A stretch of 64,000 nucleotides of DNA from positions 38,838,196 through 38,902,195 of the forward strand of contig NC_068981.1 of assembly GCF_001194135.2 (NCBI RefSeq). The letters are read 5' to 3'. The notes below the pieces were generated by a model. It made no database searches. It was not told where the DNA came from and saw nothing but the letters and a program-made list of their open reading frames with translations. Positions 50,036 through 61,563 of the stretch are shown here, piece by piece; position 1 is the first letter of the stretch; every line of letters begins with the position of its first letter. The stretch is from Octopus bimaculoides. Taxonomy: Eukaryota. Both the position numbers and the translations under genes were made by a program.

Positions 50036-51277
50036 TATTTTGAATATCCTTTTATGTTCTTTTAAGAAGTATTAAAACAACATTTTAAATCTAAATCAAC
50101 AGGATCACCTCTACACAGTTTCTCAAAGTAACAGCCAAAGTCTCCTTAAAACTACACCCTAATATTTTAGAAGACATTAAATAATGTAGTCCAAGGTAAA
50201 CTATGCTTGGAAAAAGAAGCTGTACATGTGAGTGCTGGAATACTTTGATTAGGGTTGGTCCAGCGTTATATAACAACAGTAACAACTGTATTTTGAATAT
50301 AGTTTACACTGGCCTTGAGAATATATTGAAATACTTCTTACCATAACAATCATGTGGATATTTTCAGTAGTAACAGGAAAGTTTTGATTGAAATTGAATA
50401 ATTTTGCCAATTTGCTAATTCATTTTAATCAATCAATCCTCCTCCTCATCATCATCATCATTATCATCATCATTATTGTCACCATCATCATCAGCAGCAT
50501 TATTGTCATCATCGTCTCATTATCATCGTTGTCCTCGTCATCATCATCATCATCATTGTCATCGTTCAATGGCTATCTTTCATGCTGGCATGAGCTTCAT
50601 TGTTTAACAGGATTTGACAAGAAAGTGGACTGCATCATGCCCCAATGTCTGTTTTGACAAGGTTTCTATAGCTGGATGCTCTTTCTAATGCCAAACCCTT
50701 AACAGAGTATTAGGTGTTATCTTTATGTCACTTGCACTAATGAGGTTGTTTTGAGCATGCAAGACTAGTGGCTTAAAGTGACCCTAAAACTAAAGCAGGA
50801 CAGAAGAAAAAAATATGATGAGTCAAGGCGAAGTAATGAGAGAGCATAAAGTAAGGTGAGAGGAACAGATTTAGAGTTGCGAGAAAATGATATTGGTGGA
50901 GAGAACGAAAGAGTAGATACTTGAGAGAGGGAGATGGCAGGGACAGAAGGAAAGGAATATCATTAGAGGTTAGTGGGAAAAGAGAGACAAAGTAGAAATG
51001 GGTTAAGGTAGGTTGTTTAGAAGGTGTGTGTCGAGGAACATCCTACGTTTTAAGGAAAGTGTGAATATAAGGTGTGAGGAAAAGGGTGCAAGAATGGAGG
51101 AAATACATAAGAGTTAAAAATATCCCAAGGAGAAAGTCATTGAAGAAAAAAGAAGTATAATGATAATCCAAGGAAGGAAAGAAGATGGGTGTCAAAGAGG
51201 TGAAAAAACTGTGGGGAGAGAACAGTGGGTATGAATAAGCACTTAAATTAAGGAGCTAAATAACCCTTTCTACTATA

Positions 51278-51478
51278 AGCACAAGGCCTGAAATTTGGAG
51301 GGAGGGGGCCAGTTAATTAGATCGATCCTAGTATGCAACTGGTACTTAATTTATCGACCTCGAAAGGATGAATGGCAAAGTTGACCTCAGCAGAATTTGA
51401 ACTCAGAACGTAGCAGCAGACAAAATACTGCTGAGCATTTCGCCTGGCATGCTAATGACTCTGCCAGCTCACCTCCTT
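51278..51478 (-). mobile_element. tRNA-derived SINE of a third family (central motif TTCATCCTTTCGRGGTCGATAAA..AGTACCAG)
   Basis: Reverse complement: ggaggtgagctggcagagtcattagcatgcc...gagttcaaattctgctgaggtcaactttgccattcatcctttcgaggtcgataaattaagtaccagttg. Homologous copies lie at 60165-60380 (-), 48735-48945 (-) and 14243-14342 (+, 5' part only). Confidence 0.85.
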
Positions 51479-51559
51479 AAATAGCTAGATATCATATTAG
51501 TTACTTGTATATGGAGAACTAAATCCACATAGTATTCAGAATATAGTGTTATATATTTA

Positions 51560-52060
51560 AAAATACAGATGAGGATAGAAATATATTGTAACACCACCTG
51601 CATAGCTTCTAAAAGAGTATTCTTATACCATGCTACATATTGTCATGAGTGGATGGGTTTTCTAAATCGCCCTACATTATTAATCAGTTTCTTATTCCTG
51701 CTACTATACTTTCTGAGCAGCAAGTTCCCTTGCTGGTAGCTGAGGCTAAGTAATTGATTGCAAAAGTTATCAACTACTTCTTGTGAGTCATACAGATATT
51801 CAAGAGAATCTCTTTTCAGTGTATTTATCATACAGCTCAAATACATTTGTTATATACAAAGCTTAGCTTCTCTGTTAGTCTGCCTGTGATTTCATGACAT
51901 CTCTTGTGTATCCATAATTTAGATTGGGTACATCGAATGGAATTTATACCTATCCTTTTCTGCATATTGACAATACTGACGTCCTATCAGACCATCTTTG
52001 TTAAGTATACCTTGAGGTCTCTAGATTCTTGGTTTAGCTTCTATGCCTGGAATTTCTTCT
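51560..52060 (-). mobile_element. Decayed RTE fragment including the PHD-type finger
   Basis: Minus: RIGINSIRCTQSKLWIHKRCHEITGRLT...DSQEVVDNFC...SESIVA...FRKP. Confidence 0.7.
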
Positions 52061-55000
52061 ATAGTCTCATTCAATATTTGTACCAATTTATTTCTTAAGA
52101 GTACAGGTAAGATTTTAGACAATAATCCCTATGGGAAGTTGAGTTAGTGATCCCTTTATTTGTGGTGGGTGGGGTCTAGAAACCATAATATAGGTTTTGT
52201 GCCTGGGAATCTTATAGAATTCTATGAATTTGTCATGTCAAGAACTTCTTTTGAACATTTTTGAACGTCTGGTGCTCTTTGTAGCAAAGAATGCATGAAA
52301 TAAGATATATAGATAAAGAATGTACATTATATTCTAAAGAATAACAATTATTCTCAAAATCAGTTATGAGAGTATCAGATATGTAAGATAGTAATATACG
52401 TGTACCTCTCTAGATGATTTTCTTCAATCCATTTTGGAGAAAAAAGATGCCTCATAGCACCAAGTTTATTCTTGTTTTGTTTTCTTAGAATATAATAAAA
52501 TTTGAGACTAAGATTTATTGAAAATTTATTCTATTTTGTAAACATTTTGTATTTGCATTTTTTCCTTGCAGACCATTATTATTTTCTTTGGTTACTACTG
52601 CTTCACTTAAACATTTTTAGAGCCTTCAGCTCAAATATCACTTCATTACCTACATTCATTACTGAATGAAAAGCTAAATTTCAGTTGGATGATAATGAAA
52701 ATCAAATTGTAATATTTCTAACATCCAAGTTCACAGAGGCCTTGAAATTTGTTCATGGACATCAAAGGCTTTGTGGAAATCCTAGAATAAGCACTGAATT
52801 GGTGACATTTCGCTTGATTCTTTTTTTTTCCATCATTAATGCTTTTGGAGAGTATGTTTGGATTATCCTAATAAAACATTTACCTACCATTAAAATTGCA
52901 AAGTGCATGTCTTTGAATTAAACTATAATAAGGAATAAACTCTACTCAGCTTAATTGTCTTTGTCATATTTTCATGATGTCCCAAAGATCCAATGGGTTA
53001 TGACATGTCATATATTTGTGACTCTATCATAATCAGTGTGCTCAACTCAGTAATATTGAATTGTGATCAGTCAAACTAGCACAGAAAACTGCTAGTATAG
53101 AAATGAGAGGAGTTTGATAAATATCGGTTTCATAGAGATGATGAAGAATTATAGCTAATTCAAGAGGCAAGATAGATGATTAATATGGTTTAGAGCTGTT
53201 GGACTTTGACCAAATTAAGTAGAAGGGAAATGTTAGCAAAATAGATTAATGTATATTAAGTTGCCAAGGAAAACGATAAATGTCAATGTAAGTGGATAGA
53301 ATTTTGCTATCTTTCTCATCAAAATATAGCTACTAACAATTTTAGCTACAATTTTAAAAAATAAGTAAAAACCAAGTAGTAATTTGTAATTACAAAAATG
53401 ATAGATTTAAATGTCATTTAATAAACATTTTTTATTGTTGAAACAATATGGTATGAAGATACTTAAAAAAAAAACACTGTGAGGAAGGACATATATAATT
53501 ATGTATATTTCTCAAAATTTGTGTAAAATCTTGTTGCTATCTAATTTATTATTTTTTTTTTTGTTTTTTTTTTGCCCTTCAACATTGCTTTGGTTGAGAA
53601 AGGATAACATTTCTGTAGATTATGTAACATATATTTCTTACATCTGTGTTGATCTGCAAAGACAGGATTTATTCAATTGATTCCCAAAGAATGCCTGGTA
53701 TAAGAAGTAAAGGATAAGAAGTAGAGTTAGCCCTGATAGGTTTTGATCTTAGAATTATAGACATAAAAAAAAAAAACTAAATGTAGAATATGTAGTTCCC
53801 TACTTTCTCACTTCTCACTTTTTCTGGACTGTATAACTTGACATACTGAAAATATCTCCCACTGCAGGATATATACACACCAAGAGATTAGTGATCTGAA
53901 AAATTACATGCATAACATCCATTGCAAGATGAAATGTAGAACTGTAAAAATTAGTGGATTCTTGAAAATCAAACAAGGAAAAAGTTGCAAAACTCTGATT
54001 CGAAGAGAAACACTAGTAGAGCAAATATAAAGTGAGAATGAAAACTATATTCTACTATTGCATTGGGAAGCAGTACATCTTTAATTTAAAAGCATATCAT
54101 GTAAGCCATGTACAGACTTCAGTCTATTCATATATAAATTTGTATGTTATTATAGTTTGCTTATTTCTACCACATGCTGTTAAAATGTAGTATTTTAGAA
54201 AAAAAATCAAAACTTACAACAATCATAGGCCAGAGTTAACTGTTTATACAGAAATTCACATGTCACTTATAATGTAGGAATTCAAAAGATAAGCCATTAC
54301 TTGCAGCGAAAGTTTATAGTTAACTGAATCAACATTCATTTAATTGACTCCAAAAGAATGGAGGACAAAGATGAGAAGTCAAACATGCTGGGACGAACAT
54401 AATAACTGAAAGAAATTTGATTTGATTCATTTGCATTTTTTTAAAGGAATTTACTTTGACTCTGTGGCATATTTGCCAACCAAAATCCATTGGCTGAAAT
54501 CTTATAATCTCAGTCTAAATGTAATTTGAATAAATCAGTCTACATACATCACCTTACAAGCAACAGTTATAAAATCTATCTGTTTTTCCTGTGCTCAGTT
54601 TACCACAGCAATATTAGTGATATTGTCATCATCATCACCATCATGTTAAAGGAATACTATGACTATAAGATAACTCAGATGAGTTGGTAGGATATCAAGA
54701 AAAAAGACATTCTACCAATTATAGAGTTTGCATCTTGAACCCACAGCCAAGATACTTGAACCCCAACAAGCCATCAGTAACTAGGTGTAAGGAAATAGAC
54801 CAACTAACCAACCTAAGTAACAGCACAGAAATAACTGATATTACTGATGAGTATTTCATGAGTTAGCAGTGCTTAAAATTGTTTGATTCTGCATATGGTA
54901 TTAGTGTTCGTGGTTCTATTACACAATTGAGTGATTTGAACTTAAACATTTGTTCAGCTCTTGCATATATTTTGCAATATCATGTTACTTAATAGTTTCT

Positions 55001-55643
55001 TTAGAGGGGACTTTACTGATTAGTCATACTCACTAACAAAACATTTGACAATTATACACTGACCTTTCTGCCTTCAGTAATATCCATCTTACTGTGGTAT
55101 TTTTTTGGCCTATAAGAAATGTTGATGTTGATCTTTGTACCATTTTTAGTGGCATTCAGCACTAGGATGAGACAAAAGCAAGTAGTTAAACTCCTGCTGT
55201 TGTTGGTGCTTTATTTTATCAACTCCTCTGTCTAATAAGAATAGCAGTACATATATTTGTAGTATATATTTAGCCTGTATATGTATTTGCGTGTGTGTTT
55301 GATATCTTTTTCAAATATTTGTTTAGGCATACTTGAATTCATGAATATACATTTATATATCATCACTATCATCAACAACACCATTTAATGTTTGCTTTTT
55401 TCATGCTAGTATAGATTATCATATGCATATGCATAGTAAGAGCTAAAGTATTGTAGATATCATCAGGTTAGAAAGGTTAGCTGGGTCAGAGTAACAGTGA
55501 TACATAGAAGCAATGATTTACTCATGAATCAATATAAAGTTGTTATCGGAGATACTTGGGAGAAAATTGCTGAATGTTTCCAAGACCTCCACACTGAAAT
55601 ATAATGGATCAATATGTTTTTTTTTCTTCTTTTCTTTGTTTAG

Positions 55644-55696
55644 ATGGCCAATTGATTTGTCTATTCCAGTTGTTAAAATTGGGGGTTTCTGTTTGT
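55644..55696 (+). CDS. Candidate internal exon (53 nt)
   Basis: Strong acceptor tttttttttcttcttttctttgtttag and donor TGT|gtaagg; open frames WPIDLSIPVVKIGGFCL or GQLICLFQLLKLGVSVC. Confidence 0.3.
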
Positions 55697-57559
55697 GTAA
55701 GGAACTATTATGATCTCAAAGATTTAGAAAGTTCATTTCAATTTTGATGATCTTTCTGTTTATGCTGAGTTGTAATCATGGGTCAAGACATTTAACTCTC
55801 AAATGAACCATTCAATCTAACTGTAAATAGGTAATGTCTGTAAGAACAACTAATCACTGCAGATAGTAGCAGCTCTGTAAATATAAAAATCTATATCAAA
55901 ACTAGTTGTGGTATGTGCAAATTCTTGAAATGATGAAACGAAGATGGAAAGATGTAAGCAATGATTATGTAATTAATTAATGATATCTGTGACTATTGAG
56001 AGTATAATCACTTTGAAAATTGATAAAACCCATTATAATATATCTGTTAAGATTTTGTTGGCAAACAGACATTTCATACATTTGACAATATCACAGAATT
56101 ACTGTAACTACTATGATGACAGAAACAAAACTTTTCTCATGTAAATAAGTTGTATTTCATGCAATGTTCAATAATATATAGGCTATATGTCGCCATTAGG
56201 TCACAGAAGCTCTATAACAAAAACAAGATAAGCTAATTGTTGATACAGGATTCAGATTTCTAGTGCTTAGCCACTAATTTGTGGCTTGCTACTGAGTAAA
56301 TTACATCCTGAAGCAAAAGTATTTATGATGATAAAGTTGGAGAAGTGAAACAATCATTCTATGAAAATATTTCTTGTCTTTCTAACAGAGATTGTACGCT
56401 GGTCTTGATTATGGACAATTAGCTTGATAATCATGTACACCTATAGTTAAGGAAGTACTGATTCTAACAAAGGTAAAAGCTAAACAAATCAAATGTAAAG
56501 TGCTTTAGTGACGAAAGCATATTGTTGAGAAAAATCTGCCAAGCTACATTTCCATTAGGAAAGTATGTTCCAATGTGTTCACTTCATCATTAGCAGACCT
56601 TTGTCTGAAAAGAAAAAAAGGAAAGAGCAATGCATATCATTAAATCAAAATGACTTGATTGGTTAAAAGTGTATACTTGGATAACAATGACAGTTATTTA
56701 GATCTACAAGATAAAATAGTTGCAAGAAAGTGGTATAGAGACATAATATTTTCTTGAGATAATTATGGGAGCTGAAGGATAAACACATACTTATTCATTT
56801 CTGTCTGATTAAAGAACCACAAAATAAAACCCTGACACCATCTATATACTAAGTAGCACTAACTCCTTTATCTAATATGAAAATATATCTTTCTTCAGAA
56901 TGTTACAAAAATAAAATTAGTTAACATTGATAAGAAGTAGAAAAGATTAAATAATTCTTTATGATATTTCAGTTGACATTGATAATCAGCCTGAGGTTCA
57001 GACTCAATCAGAATTGTATTCACAAGCAAAAAAGAGTTGAAATATTTGTTAAGCTCATTAGTACTTTCTTAGAATACTAATTTGTTATTCTCTTTAAGAA
57101 ATTTTAGCATTTTCGATTTCACTTAAGGTTGCTGGCTCCAGTGTCTTTTGAAAAGTTTCTTAATAACTCAACTAAAACAGGAATTACTTTCGGATTTTGC
57201 TTTTGGCTTTTGTATGCTTACTTTTATTTTCCACTACTCTAGTAGTTAGGTGACTGAGTGAAATTACCATCACAAGCCAAGAAAAGCATTGTTTCCTTAG
57301 AGTACGCTAGGAAACATCATGCTAAATCTAAGCTGTCCCAGATTCTCTTTTTAAAATGTATGTTAAAGCAGTAGGTTTTGATCTAAAGGAAATTTGGGTG
57401 CTATTTCTATTTCTGAGCAACAACATGAGACTCCCACATTGGTTCATGAGTTCATGAGTGAGGCTATATAGGCAAGGTAAGTTTTTAGAATAGTAACTAC
57501 ATATGCATCATTGATATGGAAAACAAGAAAATCATTTGGGTGTGCTATTATGAGAGGCT

Positions 57560-58680
57560 TTTATGAAGTGCTGTTAAGAATGTAAAGAATGCATAAGAAG
57601 AAGGTGAGCTGCTTCATGTTCAGCCTACAGAGAGACCAGCAATTCAAGTTGGCAATAGCATGATAGATAAAGTGATTAAAGATATTGGGAGATGTTAGCA
57701 CGTCAAGTTATGCAACGAGTGATACCCAATGATATAATTGGTATAGCAGAACCATTTTAAATTGCCCCAAAGGCAAAGGAGATGCCTTAGAGAGAAGCAA
57801 TTATAAAAGAATCAAACCACTGGATCAGGTTAGAAAGGTCATGGAGAAAGTTATTGTTGCAGAAGTGACACATAACAGGGTAGACCTGGATGAGATGCAG
57901 TTTGGTGACATGCCCAAAAGGGGTACCACAGATGCAAACTTACTCATGATGCAACTTTAGGAGAAATACTTGTATAATTGTAAACCACTATTCCTGGCAT
58001 TTGTTGACTTGGAGAAGGCATTTGAAGGGTACCATGTACAGTAGTTTGGTGGTAACTATGGAAACTAATCATAGATAAATCGCATGTAAAGGCAGTATAA
58101 GCCATGCACAAAGATGCAATAAGTAAATTGAGAGTCAACTATGATTTTAGTGAAGAATTTAACTAGAGGCAGGAGTCCATTAAGGTTTAATCCTCGGTCT
58201 TCCCTTAGTCAGCACAGTCCTACAAGCCATCACAGGAGTGTAAGACTGACTGCTCATGGGAAAATTGATATGCTGATAATCTAGTTTTCATAGCCAAATC
58301 TAGTGGGGAATTAGAGAGGAAATTCAAGGGTGAAAGCTAAACCTAGAATCGAAAGGCCTCACAGTAAACATAGCGAAGGCTAAGATTTTAGAATGTAGAA
58401 AAGAAAGACTCTGCTATCTTCAGGGAAGTGGCCATTCTCAATATGTAGAAAAGGAGTAGGTATAAACTCCATACATTGTACCCAATGTAAGCTATGAACA
58501 CACATGAAATGTAATGTAATCACAAGCAGACTAACAGAGAAAGTAAGTTTCATCTGTAACAGATGTATAGGAGCAATATGTACAATGACCTCACCAGAAA
58601 TATATTCTTGTAAATGCCTAGATTACTCACTTGAAGTTGATTGCTTTTGTTACCTAGGAGATATAATAAGTTACTAAAAA
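57560..58680 (+). mobile_element. RTE LINE RT domain remnant
   Basis: KGKGDALERSNYKRIKPLDQVRKVMEKV...LDEMQFGDMPKRGTTDANLLMMQL*EKYL..CKPLFLAFVDLEKAF...YADNL...LESKGLTVNIAKAK...ICRKGVGINSIHCTQCKL*THMKC...FCYLGD. Confidence 0.88.
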
Positions 58681-58819
58681 GTCAGAGGATAAATCTAACA
58701 ATCGGCCAAATCCATCATAAAGATTGCCCTACCACCCACCTTTAACAAGGCAATTCAGGCAGTGTTCCTCTGTCTAGTTGTTATGCTGAAAGAGGTTGTG
58801 TGTTGGACGAGGCTGAAAG

Positions 58820-59060
58820 GAATGTGAGAGGGTAATGTAAAAGTGATGTCAGTGGTGATTGGAGCATTGAGCTCAATCTTATTGAAACTTCAAAACTTCC
58901 TAAGGCAACTGGAAATCCTATGCAAGATTGATGTCTTGTAAAAAGCAGCCTTATTGGGCACAGTGCACATCTTAAGGAAAGTATTATCTGTCTGAGGTCC
59001 TTGTTGTAACTTGACAGATGACTAAAGACTCCGTGCATTTTTCCTACACTGTGTTGAAGC
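58820..59060 (+). mobile_element. R4/Dong-like 3' end (family B)
   Basis: GM*EGNVKVMSVVIGALSSILLKLQNFLRQLEILCKIDVL*KAALLGTVHILRKVLSV*, plus a short 3' UTR. Confidence 0.8.
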
Positions 59061-60120
59061 AAGGAAAACTAACACAAATAACCACAAAACATGAGCAAAA
59101 CAAAAAACTGTTTTCAGTATTTAAGGAAGCTGACAAATACAAACAAGAAATCATACTACCTAATAAAGAAGAAGAAGAAGAAGAAGAAAAAGAAGAAGAA
59201 GAAGAAACAACAAAAGCTATAAAACAAATGAAATCCAAACTAAAACTAGAACAGCAACGAACCATGATAAAACGATGGCAAGAAAAGCCCCTACATGGTA
59301 AATACTGGGCTAAACTAAATGCGAAAGAAATAGACAGAGAAAAATCCCAGTGGTGGTTGAGAAGCTCAGGNNNNNNNNNNNNNNNNNNNNNNNNNAGGAT
59401 TTTTAATTGCTGCACAAGACCAAAGCCTCCCCACCAGAAATTACCAAAAACATATAATGAAAAGAAACATAACAAGTAACTGCAGAATATGTGGCAATGG
59501 ACAAGAAACAATAAATCATATTATCTCTGGCTGCCCAGCCCTGGCTAAGAAGGAATATATTCACAGACATGACAGAGCTGGGACCTATATACACTGGAAG
59601 CTATGCCAACATTATGGAATAACAACAGAAAAAAGATGGTATAGGCACACACGAGAAAAGGTCACAGAAAACGAGAAAGCAACCATACTCTGGGATATGC
59701 CAATACACACAGATAGAGAAATTAAGGCCAATAGGCCAGATAGAGTTGTCAGAGATCATGAAGGAAAAAAATGCTTTCTAATTGATATATTAATACCAGC
59801 AGATGACAACGTTTCCCTAAAAGAAATGGAGAAGCTTTCAAAATACAAAGACCTGGAAATAGAGGTAACTTGAATGTGGAATCTAAAAACAGAAACAATT
59901 CCTATCATAGTAGGCGCCTTAGGTATGATAAAAAAATATTCAGAAAAATACATAACAAAAACACCAGGACATACAAATATATATAACATACAGAAAATTG
60001 CACTATTGGGCACTGCACACATACACAAAACACTTTCAATAGAGTAACCATAAGAGAATCACAGCAAATCACAGCACATACCCAAAGCACACACGCTATA
60101 AAAATAAAACCACTGAATAA
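59061..60120 (+). mobile_element. Young 5'-truncated R4/Dong-like element (family C): domain X, CCHC knuckle, REL
   Basis: ...RWQEKPLHGKY...SQWWLRSS[N gap]...CRICGNGQETINHIISGCPALAKKEYIHRHD...LWDMPIHTDREIKANRPD...LIDILIPADDNVSLKEMEKLSKYKDLEIEVT*MWNLKTETIPIIVGALGMI...IQKIALLGTAHI; ends at (AAT)n from about 60118. Confidence 0.95.
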
Positions 60121-60164
60121 TAATAATAATAATAATAATAATGATGATGATGATGATGATGATT

Positions 60165-60380
60165 TCAAATTTTGGCACAAGGCCAGCAATTTTGGTGAAG
60201 GAGTAAGTTGATTGCATTGACCCCAGTACTAATACTCAACTGGTATTTATTTTATTGATCCCGAAAGGATGAAAGGCAAAGTTGACCTTGGTGGAATTTG
60301 AACTCATACATCAAGATGGATGAAATCTAACTAAGCATTTTCGTCTGGCATGCTAATGATTCTGCCAGCTTGCTGCCTTA
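60165..60380 (-). mobile_element. SINE, same family as 51278-51478, embedded in (AAT)n
   Basis: ggcacaaggcc...gatcccgaaaggatgaaaggcaaagttgaccttggtggaatttgaactc...ggcatgctaatgattctgccagct, with (ATA/ATG)n tracts on both sides. Confidence 0.85.
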
Positions 60381-60384
60381 TTCA

Positions 60385-60398
60385 TAATAATAATGATA

Positions 60399-60444
<46 letters not shown>

Positions 60445-60446
60445 TA

Positions 60447-60502
<56 letters not shown>
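60385..60502. repeat. (AAT)n microsatellite
   Basis: Directly visible. Other large microsatellites: (TA)/(CA) 74-152, (CA) 8300-8390, (TA) 17109-17180, (CT) 31925-32000, (GT)/(TA) 39585-39707, (TA) 40872-40925, (CA) 45020-45130, (CAT) 45790-45842, (AG) 46146-46240, (CT) 61855-62110. Confidence 0.95.
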
Positions 60503-60573
60503 CGATCATGTTGTCTCCATGTGCAGTCTGCTTGTGCCTACAGAGTATCTCAACAGGCTTGATAGAGCTGCAC
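60500..60573 (+). mobile_element. Start of another 5'-truncated R4/Dong-like copy running into the assembly gap
   Basis: IDHVVSMCSLLVPTEYLNRLDRAA (H..SGC..LA..EY..RHD region) begins immediately after (AAT)n. Confidence 0.7.
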
Positions 60574-61311
60574 NNNNNNNNNNNNNNNNNNNNNNNNNNN
60601 NNNNNNNNNNNNNNNNNNNNNNNNNNNNNNNNNNNNNNNNNNNNNNNNNNNNNNNNNNNNNNNNNNNNNNNNNNNNNNNNNNNNNNNNNNNNNNNNNNNN
60701 NNNNNNNNNNNNNNNNNNNNNNNNNNNNNNNNNNNNNNNNNNNNNNNNNNNNNNNNNNNNNNNNNNNNNNNNNNNNNNNNNNNNNNNNNNNNNNNNNNNN
60801 NNNNNNNNNNNNNNNNNNNNNNNNNNNNNNNNNNNNNNNNNNNNNNNNNNNNNNNNNNNNNNNNNNNNNNNNNNNNNNNNNNNNNNNNNNNNNNNNNNNN
60901 NNNNNNNNNNNNNNNNNNNNNNNNNNNNNNNNNNNNNNNNNNNNNNNNNNNNNNNNNNNNNNNNNNNNNNNNNNNNNNNNNNNNNNNNNNNNNNNNNNNN
61001 NNNNNNNNNNNNNNNNNNNNNNNNNNNNNNNNNNNNNNNNNNNNNNNNNNNNNNNNNNNNNNNNNNNNNNNNNNNNNNNNNNNNNNNNNNNNNNNNNNNN
61101 NNNNNNNNNNNNNNNNNNNNNNNNNNNNNNNNNNNNNNNNNNNNNNNNNNNNNNNNNNNNNNNNNNNNNNNNNNNNNNNNNNNNNNNNNNNNNNNNNNNN
61201 NNNNNNNNNNNNNNNNNNNNNNNNNNNNNNNNNNNNNNNNNNNNNNNNNNNNNNNNNNNNNNNNNNNNNNNNNNNNNNNNNNNNNNNNNNNNNNNNNNNN
61301 NNNNNNNNNNN

Positions 61312-61563
61312 CGGGTGGCACATTAAATGCACCATTTTGAGTGTTGCCGTTGCCAGTACCGCCTGACTGGCCTTCGTGCGGGTGACACGTAAAAGCACCC
61401 ACTACACTCTCTGAGTGGTTGGCGTTAGGAAGGGCATCCAGCTGTAGAAACTCTGCTAAATCGGATTGGAGCCTGGTGTAGCCATCTGGTTTCACCAGTC
61501 CTCAGTCAAATCGTCCAACCCATGCTAGCATGGAAAGCGGACATTAAACGACGACGACGACGA
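61312..61563 (+). mobile_element. Young copy of the RTE 3' terminal module with (CGA)n tail
   Basis: gttgccagtaccgcctgactggcc...gtggttggcgttaggaagggcatccagctgtagaaactctg...aacccatgctagcatggaaagcggacattaaacgacgacgacgacga. Other copies near 165-420(-), 3330-3530(+), 13690-13910(+), 34390-34615(+), 36430-36610(-), 39720-39935(+), 45960-46060(-) and 50540-50760(-). Confidence 0.9.

Noticed and set aside
60393-61495. Long ORFs of 272-329 aa
   Set aside because: They consist mostly of X residues spanning the 738-bp N gap.
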